DNA from: an uncultured Chloroflexia bacterium
GTDB taxonomy: Bacteria > Chloroflexota > Limnocylindria > Limnocylindrales > CSP1-4
Assembly: GCA_963813535.1 (NCBI GenBank)
Contig: CAWEZH010000002.1
Coordinates: 1,056,001 to 1,120,000 of the forward strand
Reading direction: 5' to 3'
Length of the DNA stretch: 64,000 nt
Below the pieces are notes generated by a model. The model did not search any database, was not told the DNA's origin, and worked only from the letters and a program-made list of their open reading frames with translations. Below, piece by piece: positions 9,955 to 18,025 of the stretch; position 1 is the stretch's first letter, and the number at the start of each line of letters is the position of its first letter. Made by a program: the position numbers and the translations under genes.

Positions 9955-10672
9955 TCAGGGAAGGCAGATCGGCGGGAGGATCGGCAGATCGACGAGGCAC
10001 TCGGCCGGCGGCTGGGTCGGTTCCGGCGTCGGAGGTGGTGGCGGCGCCGGCGGCTGCGTCGGGTCGGGCGTCGGACGAGGTGTCGACGGAGGAGCGGTCG
10101 GAGCGGTCGTCGCTCTGGGAGTCGGGGCCGCCGTCGCCCGAGGAGTCGGCGCCGGAGTCGGCGCTGGGGTCGGGGGTCGGGTCGCGGCCGCGGCCGGCGG
10201 GTCCGTCGGGGTGGCGTCCGGAGTCGCCGTCGGCGAGGTGACGGCTGGGCCACCGGGGCCTGTCCCTGGATCACCCGGGGTGGCACCGGGCGTGGTTCCG
10301 CCAGGCGTGGTCCCACCGGGACGCGGTGCCGCCGGGGGTCGTGCCGGCGGGCGCGCTTGCCCCCGGAGTCGTGATGCCGGGTGTCAGGCCGCCACTTGCT
10401 TCCGGCTCTACCGCGGACTCGCCGGACGCTGTCGCGCCGGCAACCCCGCCACTCGGCGCGGCGGCCACCGAAGGTGCGAGAACGAGCTCGGGCGCACCCG
10501 GGCCCGATTGCCGTGGCACGGTCCCCGTCAGCGCCCTCGAGAGGACGATCGCGATGAGCAGCCCGAACCCGATCCCGACCGCTGTCTGGCGATACAGGGG
10601 ATCGGTGCGGATGAGGCGGCCGATCTGGACGATCCGGCTGATAGGTCTCCCTCCTGACAAGGCCCACAGCAC
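9955..10672 (-). CDS. Membrane-anchored Pro/Thr/Gly-rich hypothetical protein, one frameshift near 10320
   Basis: TM segment [14 protein letters not shown], then TTPG repeats continuing in another frame as [28 protein letters not shown] to TGA at 9955; start uncertain. Confidence 0.55.
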
Positions 10673-10747
10673 GGGCCCCGTGACCGTCTCAGAGCATACG
10701 CAACGGTGGCTGATTCGGATGCACCGCGCAGGCCGAAGGGATCACAA

Positions 10748-11404
10748 CTACGTGTCGTCACGCATGGAAACGGGCAGAGTGGTGCGCCGACGCGCCAGAT
10801 AGTCATGCCAGAACAGGCGCGCGGCGACCGACCGCCACGGTCGCCAGGCCTCGCCGAGCAGCGTCAATGTCTGGGGGTCAGGCCGGGCCGGCAGACCCTT
10901 CGCCCGGGCAACGGCCGACGCGAGCGCGATGTCCCCGCTCGGCCAGACATCCGGCCGCCCGAGCACCATCAGCAGGTAGATCGTCGATGTCCAGCGGCCG
11001 ATACCCGGGATGGTCTCGAGCGCGAACCGAGCCGCGTCGTCGTCGAGTGCCGCGAGCCCATCGAGGTCGAGCGAGCCGTCGAGGATCCCCGCGGCGAGGG
11101 CTCGGGCGTAGCGGGCCTTCTGGCGGCTGAACCCGATCGCGAGGAGCTCGGCATCGGTCAAGCGGAGGAACGCCGCGGGGGTCAGCGGATCGGTCGCCGC
11201 CACGAGGCGATCGAATGCGGCCTTGGCCGAGGCGAGCGACACCTGCTGCTCGAGGATGATGTGCACGAGCGTCGCGAACCCCGGCGGCCGGTCCCACAGG
11301 GGCGGTGGTCCGATCCGGGTGACGATCGCCGCCAGGTCGGGATCGCGCGATGCGAGTTCCGCGACGGCCGACTCGAGTGTCGACTGGTCGAGGGCGCGGA
11401 TCAG
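10748..11404 (-). CDS. alkA: DNA-3-methyladenine glycosylase II (HhH-GPD, AlkA-like)
   Basis: GFATLVHIILEQQVS, GFSRQKARY, IPGIGRWT, DVWPSGDIAL, WRPWRSVA; homology extends upstream to a CTG overlapping the previous stop. Confidence 0.88.
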   Translation of the reverse strand: MIRALDQSTLESAVAELASRDPDLAAIVTRIGPPPLWDRPPGFATLVHIILEQQVSLASAKAAFDRLVAATDPLTPAAFLRLTDAELLAIGFSRQKARYARALAAGILDGSLDLDGLAALDDDAARFALETIPGIGRWTSTIYLLMVLGRPDVWPSGDIALASAVARAKGLPARPDPQTLTLLGEAWRPWRSVAARLFWHDYLARRRTTLPVSMRDDT

Positions 11405-12517
11405 GCGACCGTCCCTCGCTCACCGAACCCGGCCGACGGCAACGGATCGAACGGTCTGCCCTCAGCGCCGCGCAGCCACGCACGGGCATTCTCACCGAGC
11501 GACGGTCGGTGGTAGCCGCCCTCCTGGAGGATCACCAGCCGACGCCCGAGCTGGCCGACCCGCCGGCCGACCTCGTGGTAGACGTCCGTCGTGAGCGCGA
11601 AAGTCGCCGATCGGATCGAGGCCATAGGTGTCGAAGCCGAGCGACACCACCACGACCGAGCCAGGCACGGCCTCGATCGCCTCGATGGCCCGGTCCGTGG
11701 CCTCGAGATAGTCGGCGTTGGTGGCCCCCGCGCGCAGCGGCAGGTTGAGGTTCTCGCCGGTCCCCTCCCCTTCCCCGGTCTCGTCGGCCCGGCCGAGGAA
11801 GTACGGATAGGCCCACTCCGGGTCGGCATGGATCGACACGTATCGCACGTCGCCGCGGCGCCAGAAGATCTGCTGGGTCCCGTTGCCGTGGTGGTAGTCC
11901 ACGTCCAGGACCGCGACCCGCTCGCCGGTCGTCGAGCTGATGGCGTGGGCCACGACCGCGGCGTTGTTGAAGAAGCAGTACCCGCCATACATGGCCCTCG
12001 CGGCGTGATGGCCGGGCGGCCGGCACAGGCCGTACGCGGCCTTCGCCCCGCCCAGCACGAGGTCCATCGTGGTCAACGCGACATCGACGGCCCCGCGAGC
12101 GGCGTCGTAGGTCCCGGCGACGAGCGGCGCCGCCGAGTCGAGGCCCCAGTAGCCGGCACGACCGCCGACCTGCTGCGGTTCGCGGACCAGGCGTTCGACC
12201 GCATCTGCCGACATCCCCTCGAACATGGCCCGATTGGGGTACGTATCGGCCGACAGGAATGCCCGCGGGATGGCCTGGGCGCGCACCTCCGACCAGGCGA
12301 CCTGCAGGAAGCGCAGCAGGCCCTCGTCGTGGACGGCGGTGATCGGCGACTCGCCGTGTTCGGTCGGCTCGGCGAACGTGAAACCGCCGTCGGCGGTCAG
12401 GGCCGAGCGGATCCGCTCGGCACGCTCGGCGACCTCGTTGGCGGGGATCGCGACACCCATGAACGTCTCGGTATCGATGTCGTGCGCGAGATGTCGGGGC
12501 GTGTAGACGACCTGCAT
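11401..12517 (-). CDS. Histone deacetylase family protein (acetylpolyamine amidohydrolase-like), frameshift near 11600
   Basis: CRPPGHHA, GGYCFFNNAA, LDVDYHHGNGTQ, SLGFDT..DPI, then QEGGY in the next frame; the indel lies in an AAA run. Confidence 0.9.
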
Positions 12518-12545
12518 CGGGCTCCTGCTTCGACGGCGTGATGCG

Positions 12546-13472
12546 TCAGTCGGGCACGTCGAGGATGGCCGCGGCCACCTCGCGAGGACGGTAGCGCATC
12601 AGGTTATGTCCGACCTGACCGAGGTCAACGACCCGGATCGGCGAGCGACCGGCAGCGTCACGCGCGATCGAGACGGACGCGAGGGCCTGCCCACGGGACC
12701 CCGTGGCGTCGTCGGCAACGAGACCGACGACGGGCGCCCGGACATGGGGCAGGACATCGAGGGGGTCGTACTCGAACATCGCCCGCACCGTCGCTTCGGT
12801 CGCGTGCGGTCGGGCCGACGGGACCACGCGACCGGCGTGGGTCTCGACGACGGTCGCCCTGGCAGCCCTGTCCTGATCGACGTCCCACGTGCTTCGATCG
12901 AAGTCGCGGCGGTCGGCGAGGAACGCCCGCATCGACCGCATGACCTCGGGTGGTTCGTCGAGGCCGCGCACGAACTCGTCGACGTCCAACCCCGTCGCCG
13001 TCTCGAGCGACTCCCAGCCTCCGTCGACGAGGATCAGCCGGGCACAGCGGTCGCCGAGCTCGAGGGCAGCGTGGGCCGCCGCGATCGCGCCGAAACCGTG
13101 TCCGGCCACGACCACCCGGTCGGTCGATGTGACGAGGACGCCGGAACCCTCTGCGACGGCGACGACGTCGCGGCCGTGGAGGTCGAGGTCGTACGCACCG
13201 TCCTCGGTCGGCGCGTCAGACAGCCCGTGGCCACGCAGGTCCATGGCGACCGTCCGCAGCGACCCGCTCGGACCGGCCAGGCGACGCGCGACCGGTGTCC
13301 ACGCCCATGCCGTGTGACCGATGCCGTGCACCGCGACGACGCCCGCTGCGCTCGGCGTTGCCGGCCCACCCCAGTCGAGGAAATGGACCCGCACGCCATC
13401 GTCGTCGACTGTGAAGCCCGCCGGCTCGAGGGTCGCGTCCGGTTCGGGCACGACGGCCGGCGGAAGATCCAT
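12546..13472 (-). CDS. Alpha/beta-fold hydrolase
   Basis: VHGIG, MDLRGHGLSD, GHGFG elbow (Gly in place of the usual Ser), C-terminal GHNL. Confidence 0.8.
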   Translation of the reverse strand: MDLPPAVVPEPDATLEPAGFTVDDDGVRVHFLDWGGPATPSAAGVVAVHGIGHTAWAWTPVARRLAGPSGSLRTVAMDLRGHGLSDAPTEDGAYDLDLHGRDVVAVAEGSGVLVTSTDRVVVAGHGFGAIAAAHAALELGDRCARLILVDGGWESLETATGLDVDEFVRGLDEPPEVMRSMRAFLADRRDFDRSTWDVDQDRAARATVVETHAGRVVPSARPHATEATVRAMFEYDPLDVLPHVRAPVVGLVADDATGSRGQALASVSIARDAAGRSPIRVVDLGQVGHNLMRYRPREVAAAILDVPD

Positions 13473-13494
13473 CGGGCCCTAGGATACGGGCGCC

Positions 13495-13917
13495 ATGTCG
13501 AAACGCCGCCGCGGATCACGAACGGGACGGGCGATCGGCACGCGCCCACAGGGCCGGCACCGGCGGTTCGAGGATCTCGTCGCTGAGGCGCTCGGCGGCA
13601 TCCCGATGCCGTTCGCCGCCGCGCTCGACGAGGTCGCGATCGTGATCGAGGACGAGCCCTCGCGGCAGCAGCTTCGCGACAGCGATCTCGGTCCCGACGA
13701 CACGCTGTACGGGCTGTATGAGGGCGTCGCACGCACGGAGTACGCCGCCGATTGGATCTCCGTCCCGAACCGGATCTCCCTGTTCCGCCTGCCGCTCGAG
13801 GCCGACTTCGCCGATCCCGATGCGCTCGCGGAGGAGGTCCGGCTCACCGTGATGCACGAGCTAGCACATCACCTCGGCATCGACGACGAGCGCCTCCACG
13901 ACCTCGGCGTCGACTAG
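13495..13917 (+). CDS. Minimal zincin metallopeptidase family protein
   Basis: LYGLYEGV, PNRISLFRLPL, TVMHELAHHLGIDDERL (HExxH). Confidence 0.9.
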   Translation: MSKRRRGSRTGRAIGTRPQGRHRRFEDLVAEALGGIPMPFAAALDEVAIVIEDEPSRQQLRDSDLGPDDTLYGLYEGVARTEYAADWISVPNRISLFRLPLEADFADPDALAEEVRLTVMHELAHHLGIDDERLHDLGVD

Positions 13918-13930
13918 CCCGCTCCTGCGG

Positions 13931-14983
13931 CTAGGCCGGTGCGGCCTCGCCCGGGAGGGATCCGGCCCCCGCCAGCAGCTCCCCGAGCCGGCCGACCTCG
14001 ACATTCCCGCCGGAGATCACGACCACGACGCGCTCGCCATCGGCGATCGGCACGCGACCGGCGAGGACGGCCGCCAGCGCCGCCGCGCCTGCGGGTTCGA
14101 CGACCTGCTTGAGCCGCTCGACCGCGAAACGCATACCGGCCAGGATCGTCGGGTCGTCGAGGAGCACGATGCCGTCGAGCAGCCGTCGCGTGATGGCCAT
14201 CGTCCAGCGACCCGCGAACGGGGCTCCGAGCCCGTCGGCGACCGACTGCGGCTGGATGGTCACGACCTCGCCCTGCTCGATGGCCAGCGACACGGCGTTG
14301 GAGCGTTCGGGCTCGATGCCGACCACGCGGGCGCTCGGCCGTCGAGCCTTCACGGCGGACGCGACACCGCTGATGAGCCCACCGCCGCCCACGCCCACCA
14401 CGACCACGTCGACGTCCGGCACGTCATCGACGATCTCCAGACCGACCGTGCCGTTGCCGGCGATGACCGCGGGGTCGTCGAACGGGTGCACGAACGTGAG
14501 GCCCTCGGCGTCGCGGATCCGTTCCATCTCCGCGAACGTTTCGCCGACGTGCTCGCCGTGCAGGATCACCCGCGCGCCGTAGCCGAGACACGCCTCGACC
14601 TTCGATCTGACGGCGCCCACCGGCATGACCACCGTGACCGGCACGCCCGCGGCGGCACCGGCCCACGCGTACGCCTGTCCAGCGTTACCGGCCGACAGCG
14701 TGATCGCGCCACGCGCGCGAACGTCCTCGGGCAGGGTGGCGATGCGGTTCGTCATCCCGCGCGCCTTGAACGATCCGGTCTTCTGGAGGTGCTCGGCCTT
14801 GAGAAACAGGAGGCCGTCGGCCAGGCTGGCACCAGTCGCGCGGTTCGCCCAGGCCGCCGCGGTGATCGAGCTCAGCATCGGGGTCCGATGGACGTAGCCG
14901 TCGAGGCGGCCGGCCGCGTCTTCGATCGCGGACAGCGGGACTTCGAGCGCCGCGTCGGCCGCGGGGCTCACGGAGTCGGGCAT
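13931..14983 (-). CDS. PLP-dependent threonine/serine dehydratase
   Basis: FLKAEHLQKTGSFKARG, SAGNAG, GVGGGGLISG, EPAGAAA, SGGN. Confidence 0.92.
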   Translation of the reverse strand: MPDSVSPAADAALEVPLSAIEDAAGRLDGYVHRTPMLSSITAAAWANRATGASLADGLLFLKAEHLQKTGSFKARGMTNRIATLPEDVRARGAITLSAGNAGQAYAWAGAAAGVPVTVVMPVGAVRSKVEACLGYGARVILHGEHVGETFAEMERIRDAEGLTFVHPFDDPAVIAGNGTVGLEIVDDVPDVDVVVVGVGGGGLISGVASAVKARRPSARVVGIEPERSNAVSLAIEQGEVVTIQPQSVADGLGAPFAGRWTMAITRRLLDGIVLLDDPTILAGMRFAVERLKQVVEPAGAAALAAVLAGRVPIADGERVVVVISGGNVEVGRLGELLAGAGSLPGEAAPA

Positions 14984-15016
14984 GCGGCCGAGTATGGCAC
15001 GGGCTAGGCTCGGATC

Positions 15017-15922
15017 ATGACGAGGTACCGGCCCGGGACGGCGGCCGACACGAGGGCCTGTTTCGAGATCTTCGAGGTCACCGTCGACGACCTCGGTCGA
15101 CGCACCGGCAGCGTCGCGAACTCCACCGCCGGCGACCCGAATGCCTTCGAGCTGCGCCGCCCGCTGTTCGACCACCTCGCCGAGACCGCCGACGAGTGGT
15201 GGATGGCCGAGGACGACGCGACTGGCCGGGCCGTCGGCTACGCGCGGTCGATCCTGCGCGATGGCGTGCGCGAGCTGACCGAGTTCTTCGTCCTCCCCGA
15301 CGCGCAGGCGGGCGGCGTCGGCCGTGAGCTCCTCGCGCGGGCCTTCCCTGCCGAAGGTGCGCGGCACCGGGCGATCGTGGCGACGACCGACCCTCGGGCC
15401 ATCGCTCGATATCTCAGGACGGGACTCGGTGGGCGTCTGCCACTGGTTGGCTGGGAAGGCGTGCCGCGAGCCGCCCCGCTCGAGACGGACCTCGTCCGCG
15501 AGCGGCTGGACCCGGACGACCTACCGCTCGAGGCACTCGCGGCGGTCGACCGGCACATCCTCGGGTTCCGCCGCGACGAGGAGCACCGCTGGCTGGCCGG
15601 CCAGCGACCCGGTTGGCTGTACCGGCGCCAACGCGCGGTCGTCGGGTATGCCTATCACCCGACGCGGCCGCTATGGGGCGGTCCGTATGCCGCGCTGGAG
15701 GCGGCCGACCTGCCGGTGCTCATCGCGGACGGTGAGGCCGCAGCCGCCGACGGCGGTCACCCGACGGTCACGTTCGACCTCGCGCTGACCGCGCGGCCCG
15801 CGATCGACCACCTCCTGGGTCGCGGGTTCCGGGTAGACCCGTTCGTGATGCTGTACTTCAGCGACGGGCCCGAGGAGCGGCTCGATCGGTACGTCCTGAC
15901 CTCGCCGCCGTTCTTCGCCTGA
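15017..15922 (+). CDS. GNAT family acetyltransferase (tandem GNAT)
   Basis: EFFVLPDAQAGGVGRELL motif A; TAGGCT box 6 nt before the ATG. Confidence 0.8.
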   Translation: MTRYRPGTAADTRACFEIFEVTVDDLGRRTGSVANSTAGDPNAFELRRPLFDHLAETADEWWMAEDDATGRAVGYARSILRDGVRELTEFFVLPDAQAGGVGRELLARAFPAEGARHRAIVATTDPRAIARYLRTGLGGRLPLVGWEGVPRAAPLETDLVRERLDPDDLPLEALAAVDRHILGFRRDEEHRWLAGQRPGWLYRRQRAVVGYAYHPTRPLWGGPYAALEAADLPVLIADGEAAAADGGHPTVTFDLALTARPAIDHLLGRGFRVDPFVMLYFSDGPEERLDRYVLTSPPFFA

Positions 15923-15943
15923 AGCGCGTCCGGCGTCGCGGGA

Positions 15944-16141
15944 TCAGGCAGTCGTCCCGGCGGGTGTCCCGTATTCCTGGGCGTGCTCGCCTCGGTCCTT
16001 GGACACGGTGTCCTCGAAGATCCGGAGCGTGTCCTTGACGCTCTTGCCGTTCTCGTCCGCGGCCCGCTTGATGTCCTCGTAGGTGATATTCGCCTCACCC
16101 ATCTCGCGATGGGCATCCATGCAGCCACACGTCAGACACAT
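15944..16141 (-). CDS. Small protein with N-terminal CxxCGC motif
   Basis: MCLTCGCMDAH..ITYEDIKRAADENG; GGAGG RBS; GC3-rich coding codon usage. Confidence 0.8.
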   Translation of the reverse strand: MCLTCGCMDAHREMGEANITYEDIKRAADENGKSVKDTLRIFEDTVSKDRGEHAQEYGTPAGTTA

Positions 16142-16257
16142 GCTCTGTTACCTCCGGTGCGATCGGATCGACGATCGATCCCAGCCTGCTCGATGGCGCA
16201 TTGCACCCGCGACCCATGCACGTTCGTGGCGACTGTCAGCTAGCCGCGACTAGTTGC

Positions 16258-16273
16258 GTGTTTGCGCAAACAC
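16258..16273. promoter_or_regulatory. Perfect 16-bp palindrome, probable ArsR operator
   Basis: GTGTTTGC|GCAAACAC directly upstream of the -10 region and the GTG start of arsR. Confidence 0.7.
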
Positions 16274-16289
16274 TGATATCGTTGGGGCC

Positions 16290-16589
16290 GTGTTGGACAT
16301 CCTGCCGGTCTCGGCAGAGCCCGAGCGCGAGCGGTATGCCGCGGTCGGTCGGGCATTGGCGGACCCGAAACGCCTGTGCGTCCTCGAGTCGCTCGCCATC
16401 GGCGAGCTCTCGGTCAGCGACCTCAGCACCCGGGTCGGTTGCCAGGTGCCCAACATGAGCCAGCACCTCGCTGTGCTCCGCCGGGCGGGTCTCGTGACCA
16501 GCCGGCGCGACGGCAACACCATCCTCTATCGCCTGACGGACGACCGTGTCCTCGAGGCGTACCGACTCATCCAGGACATCGCCCGCTAG
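16290..16589 (+). CDS. ArsR/SmtB family regulator
   Basis: ALADPKRL, ELSVSDL, NMSQHLAVLRRAGLV..RRDGNTILYRL. Confidence 0.93.
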   Translation: MLDILPVSAEPERERYAAVGRALADPKRLCVLESLAIGELSVSDLSTRVGCQVPNMSQHLAVLRRAGLVTSRRDGNTILYRLTDDRVLEAYRLIQDIAR

Positions 16590-16645
16590 CCCCCCAGCCA
16601 GTCAGGCGACTCGCAGCCAGCGAGAGGAGAAAGGACACACATCCC

Positions 16646-17032
16646 ATGGTCGACATCAAGCACGCGACGGACGCCACGTTCGAGGATCTCGTGATCAAGG
16701 CGGAGCGGCCGGTCGTCGTGGACTTCTGGGCCGCGTGGTGCGGGCCCTGCAAGATGGTCGCCCCCGAGATGGTGAAGCTCGCCGAGAAGTACGAGGGTGC
16801 CGTCGATGTCGTCAAGGTCGACGTCGACGCGAACCCTCGGCTCTCGCAGGCCTTCAACATCATGAGCATCCCCACGATCGCCTTCTTCAAGCCCGGCGCC
16901 CAGCCGCAGGGCGTGATCGGGTTCCGACCGCTCGAGCAGCTCGAGCAGCAGTTCGGCCTCGCCGAGTTCGCGGTGGCCGATGCCGCGGTCGAGGCGCCGA
17001 CCGCTGACGCGACGACGGCCGCGACCGACTAG
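16646..17032 (+). CDS. trxA: Thioredoxin
   Basis: VVDFWAAWCGPCK, IMSIPT. Confidence 0.96.
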   Translation: MVDIKHATDATFEDLVIKAERPVVVDFWAAWCGPCKMVAPEMVKLAEKYEGAVDVVKVDVDANPRLSQAFNIMSIPTIAFFKPGAQPQGVIGFRPLEQLEQQFGLAEFAVADAAVEAPTADATTAATD

Positions 17033-17056
17033 GTCCCACTCCCCCCGCGATCAGTC

Positions 17057-17089
17057 GACCCCGGTCATCCGACCGGGGTCGTTTCGTTG
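17057..17089 (+). terminator. Intrinsic terminator after trxA
   Basis: GACCCCGGTC-ATCC-GACCGGGGTC stem followed by GTTTCGTTG. Confidence 0.75.
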
Positions 17090-17179
17090 TGGGCACCGGC
17101 GCCGCACGTCACCCGCGCGACCATGAACAACGTGGTTCCGACATGGTCGGGGGCGCGGGCCCGCAACGCCCGACCGCTC

Positions 17180-17497
17180 CTAGGCGCCCGGACCCGTAAG
17201 CCGTCGATGACCTGACAGGAACCACGCGCGGGCCCGATCCGCCACGTGCCCATCGACGACCCGCGGCCGCAGGTCCACCCAGCCGGGGCTGCGTGTCGAA
17301 CGCGCCACGTCCGGGGTCCGCGCCGCTGCGTTTGCCACGATCTGATCGAGCATGAACGACGCGGATGTCCCGTCCGGGGACATCGTCGCGAACGTCGTCC
17401 CGCGGACGGTCCACGTCACGGTGCCATCCGGCTCCGACCCGACCTCGACGTCGGGCGTCTCCCCGGCGGCCGAATCCAGGATCTCGCGCAGCGTCAC
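17180..17497 (-). CDS. Small hypothetical protein (MmcQ/YjbR-like fold possible)
   Basis: 105-aa ORF coupled to the upstream gene by GTGA; WTVRGTTFA..GWV pattern. Confidence 0.6.
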   Translation of the reverse strand: MTLREILDSAAGETPDVEVGSEPDGTVTWTVRGTTFATMSPDGTSASFMLDQIVANAAARTPDVARSTRSPGWVDLRPRVVDGHVADRARAWFLSGHRRLTGPGA

Positions 17498-17976
17498 GAC
17501 CCGGCGGCCGCCAGGATCACCGCCAGGTCGTCGGCGTGCTCGGCGTAGTGGGCGATGGTCTCGTCATGGAACGACTTGAGGTGGGCTGGATGCTTCACCC
17601 AGCGTGTCTCCGGGACGACCGTGAGGTACCCGCGTAGCTCGCCCGGTTGCGTCCGGAACCGCTCTCGAAGCTCCTCGAGCGGCACCGCCGCCCAGGTCCG
17701 GGTGATCTCGTCGTTGACGACCTCGCCACCACGGGTCTCCCAGTCGGCGTCCACCCGGGCGATGGTGGCGCTCGTCTCGCCGATCGCCAGCTCCTTGGCC
17801 GCATCGAGGGAGACTCCCTGCCACGCCAGCATATGGGCCATCAGGTCGCGCCCCGACCAACCGTGGGCTGCGTCGATCGGGACATCCAGCTGGTCGTCCG
17901 ACAACCCGCCCAGGGCCTCGTACGGCGCCCACGCATCGCGCTCCTCTTCGAGGAATTCCATCGCGTCGAGGTACAT
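17494..17976 (-). CDS. DinB/YfiT-like four-helix-bundle protein
   Basis: GWSGRDLMAHMLAW and TIAHYAEH motifs; TACCAT box before the ATG. Confidence 0.8.
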   Translation of the reverse strand: MYLDAMEFLEEERDAWAPYEALGGLSDDQLDVPIDAAHGWSGRDLMAHMLAWQGVSLDAAKELAIGETSATIARVDADWETRGGEVVNDEITRTWAAVPLEELRERFRTQPGELRGYLTVVPETRWVKHPAHLKSFHDETIAHYAEHADDLAVILAAAGS

Positions 17977-18025
17977 ACCGGCATGGTAGTCCGAGCGCCC
18001 TCCGACCGATGCTAGAGTCGCCGAT

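Noticed and set aside
11595-11606. Programmed frameshift in the deacetylase (and the other split genes)
   Set aside because: No slippery heptamer or stimulatory structure is evident, and similar indels hit many unrelated genes, pointing to sequence error.
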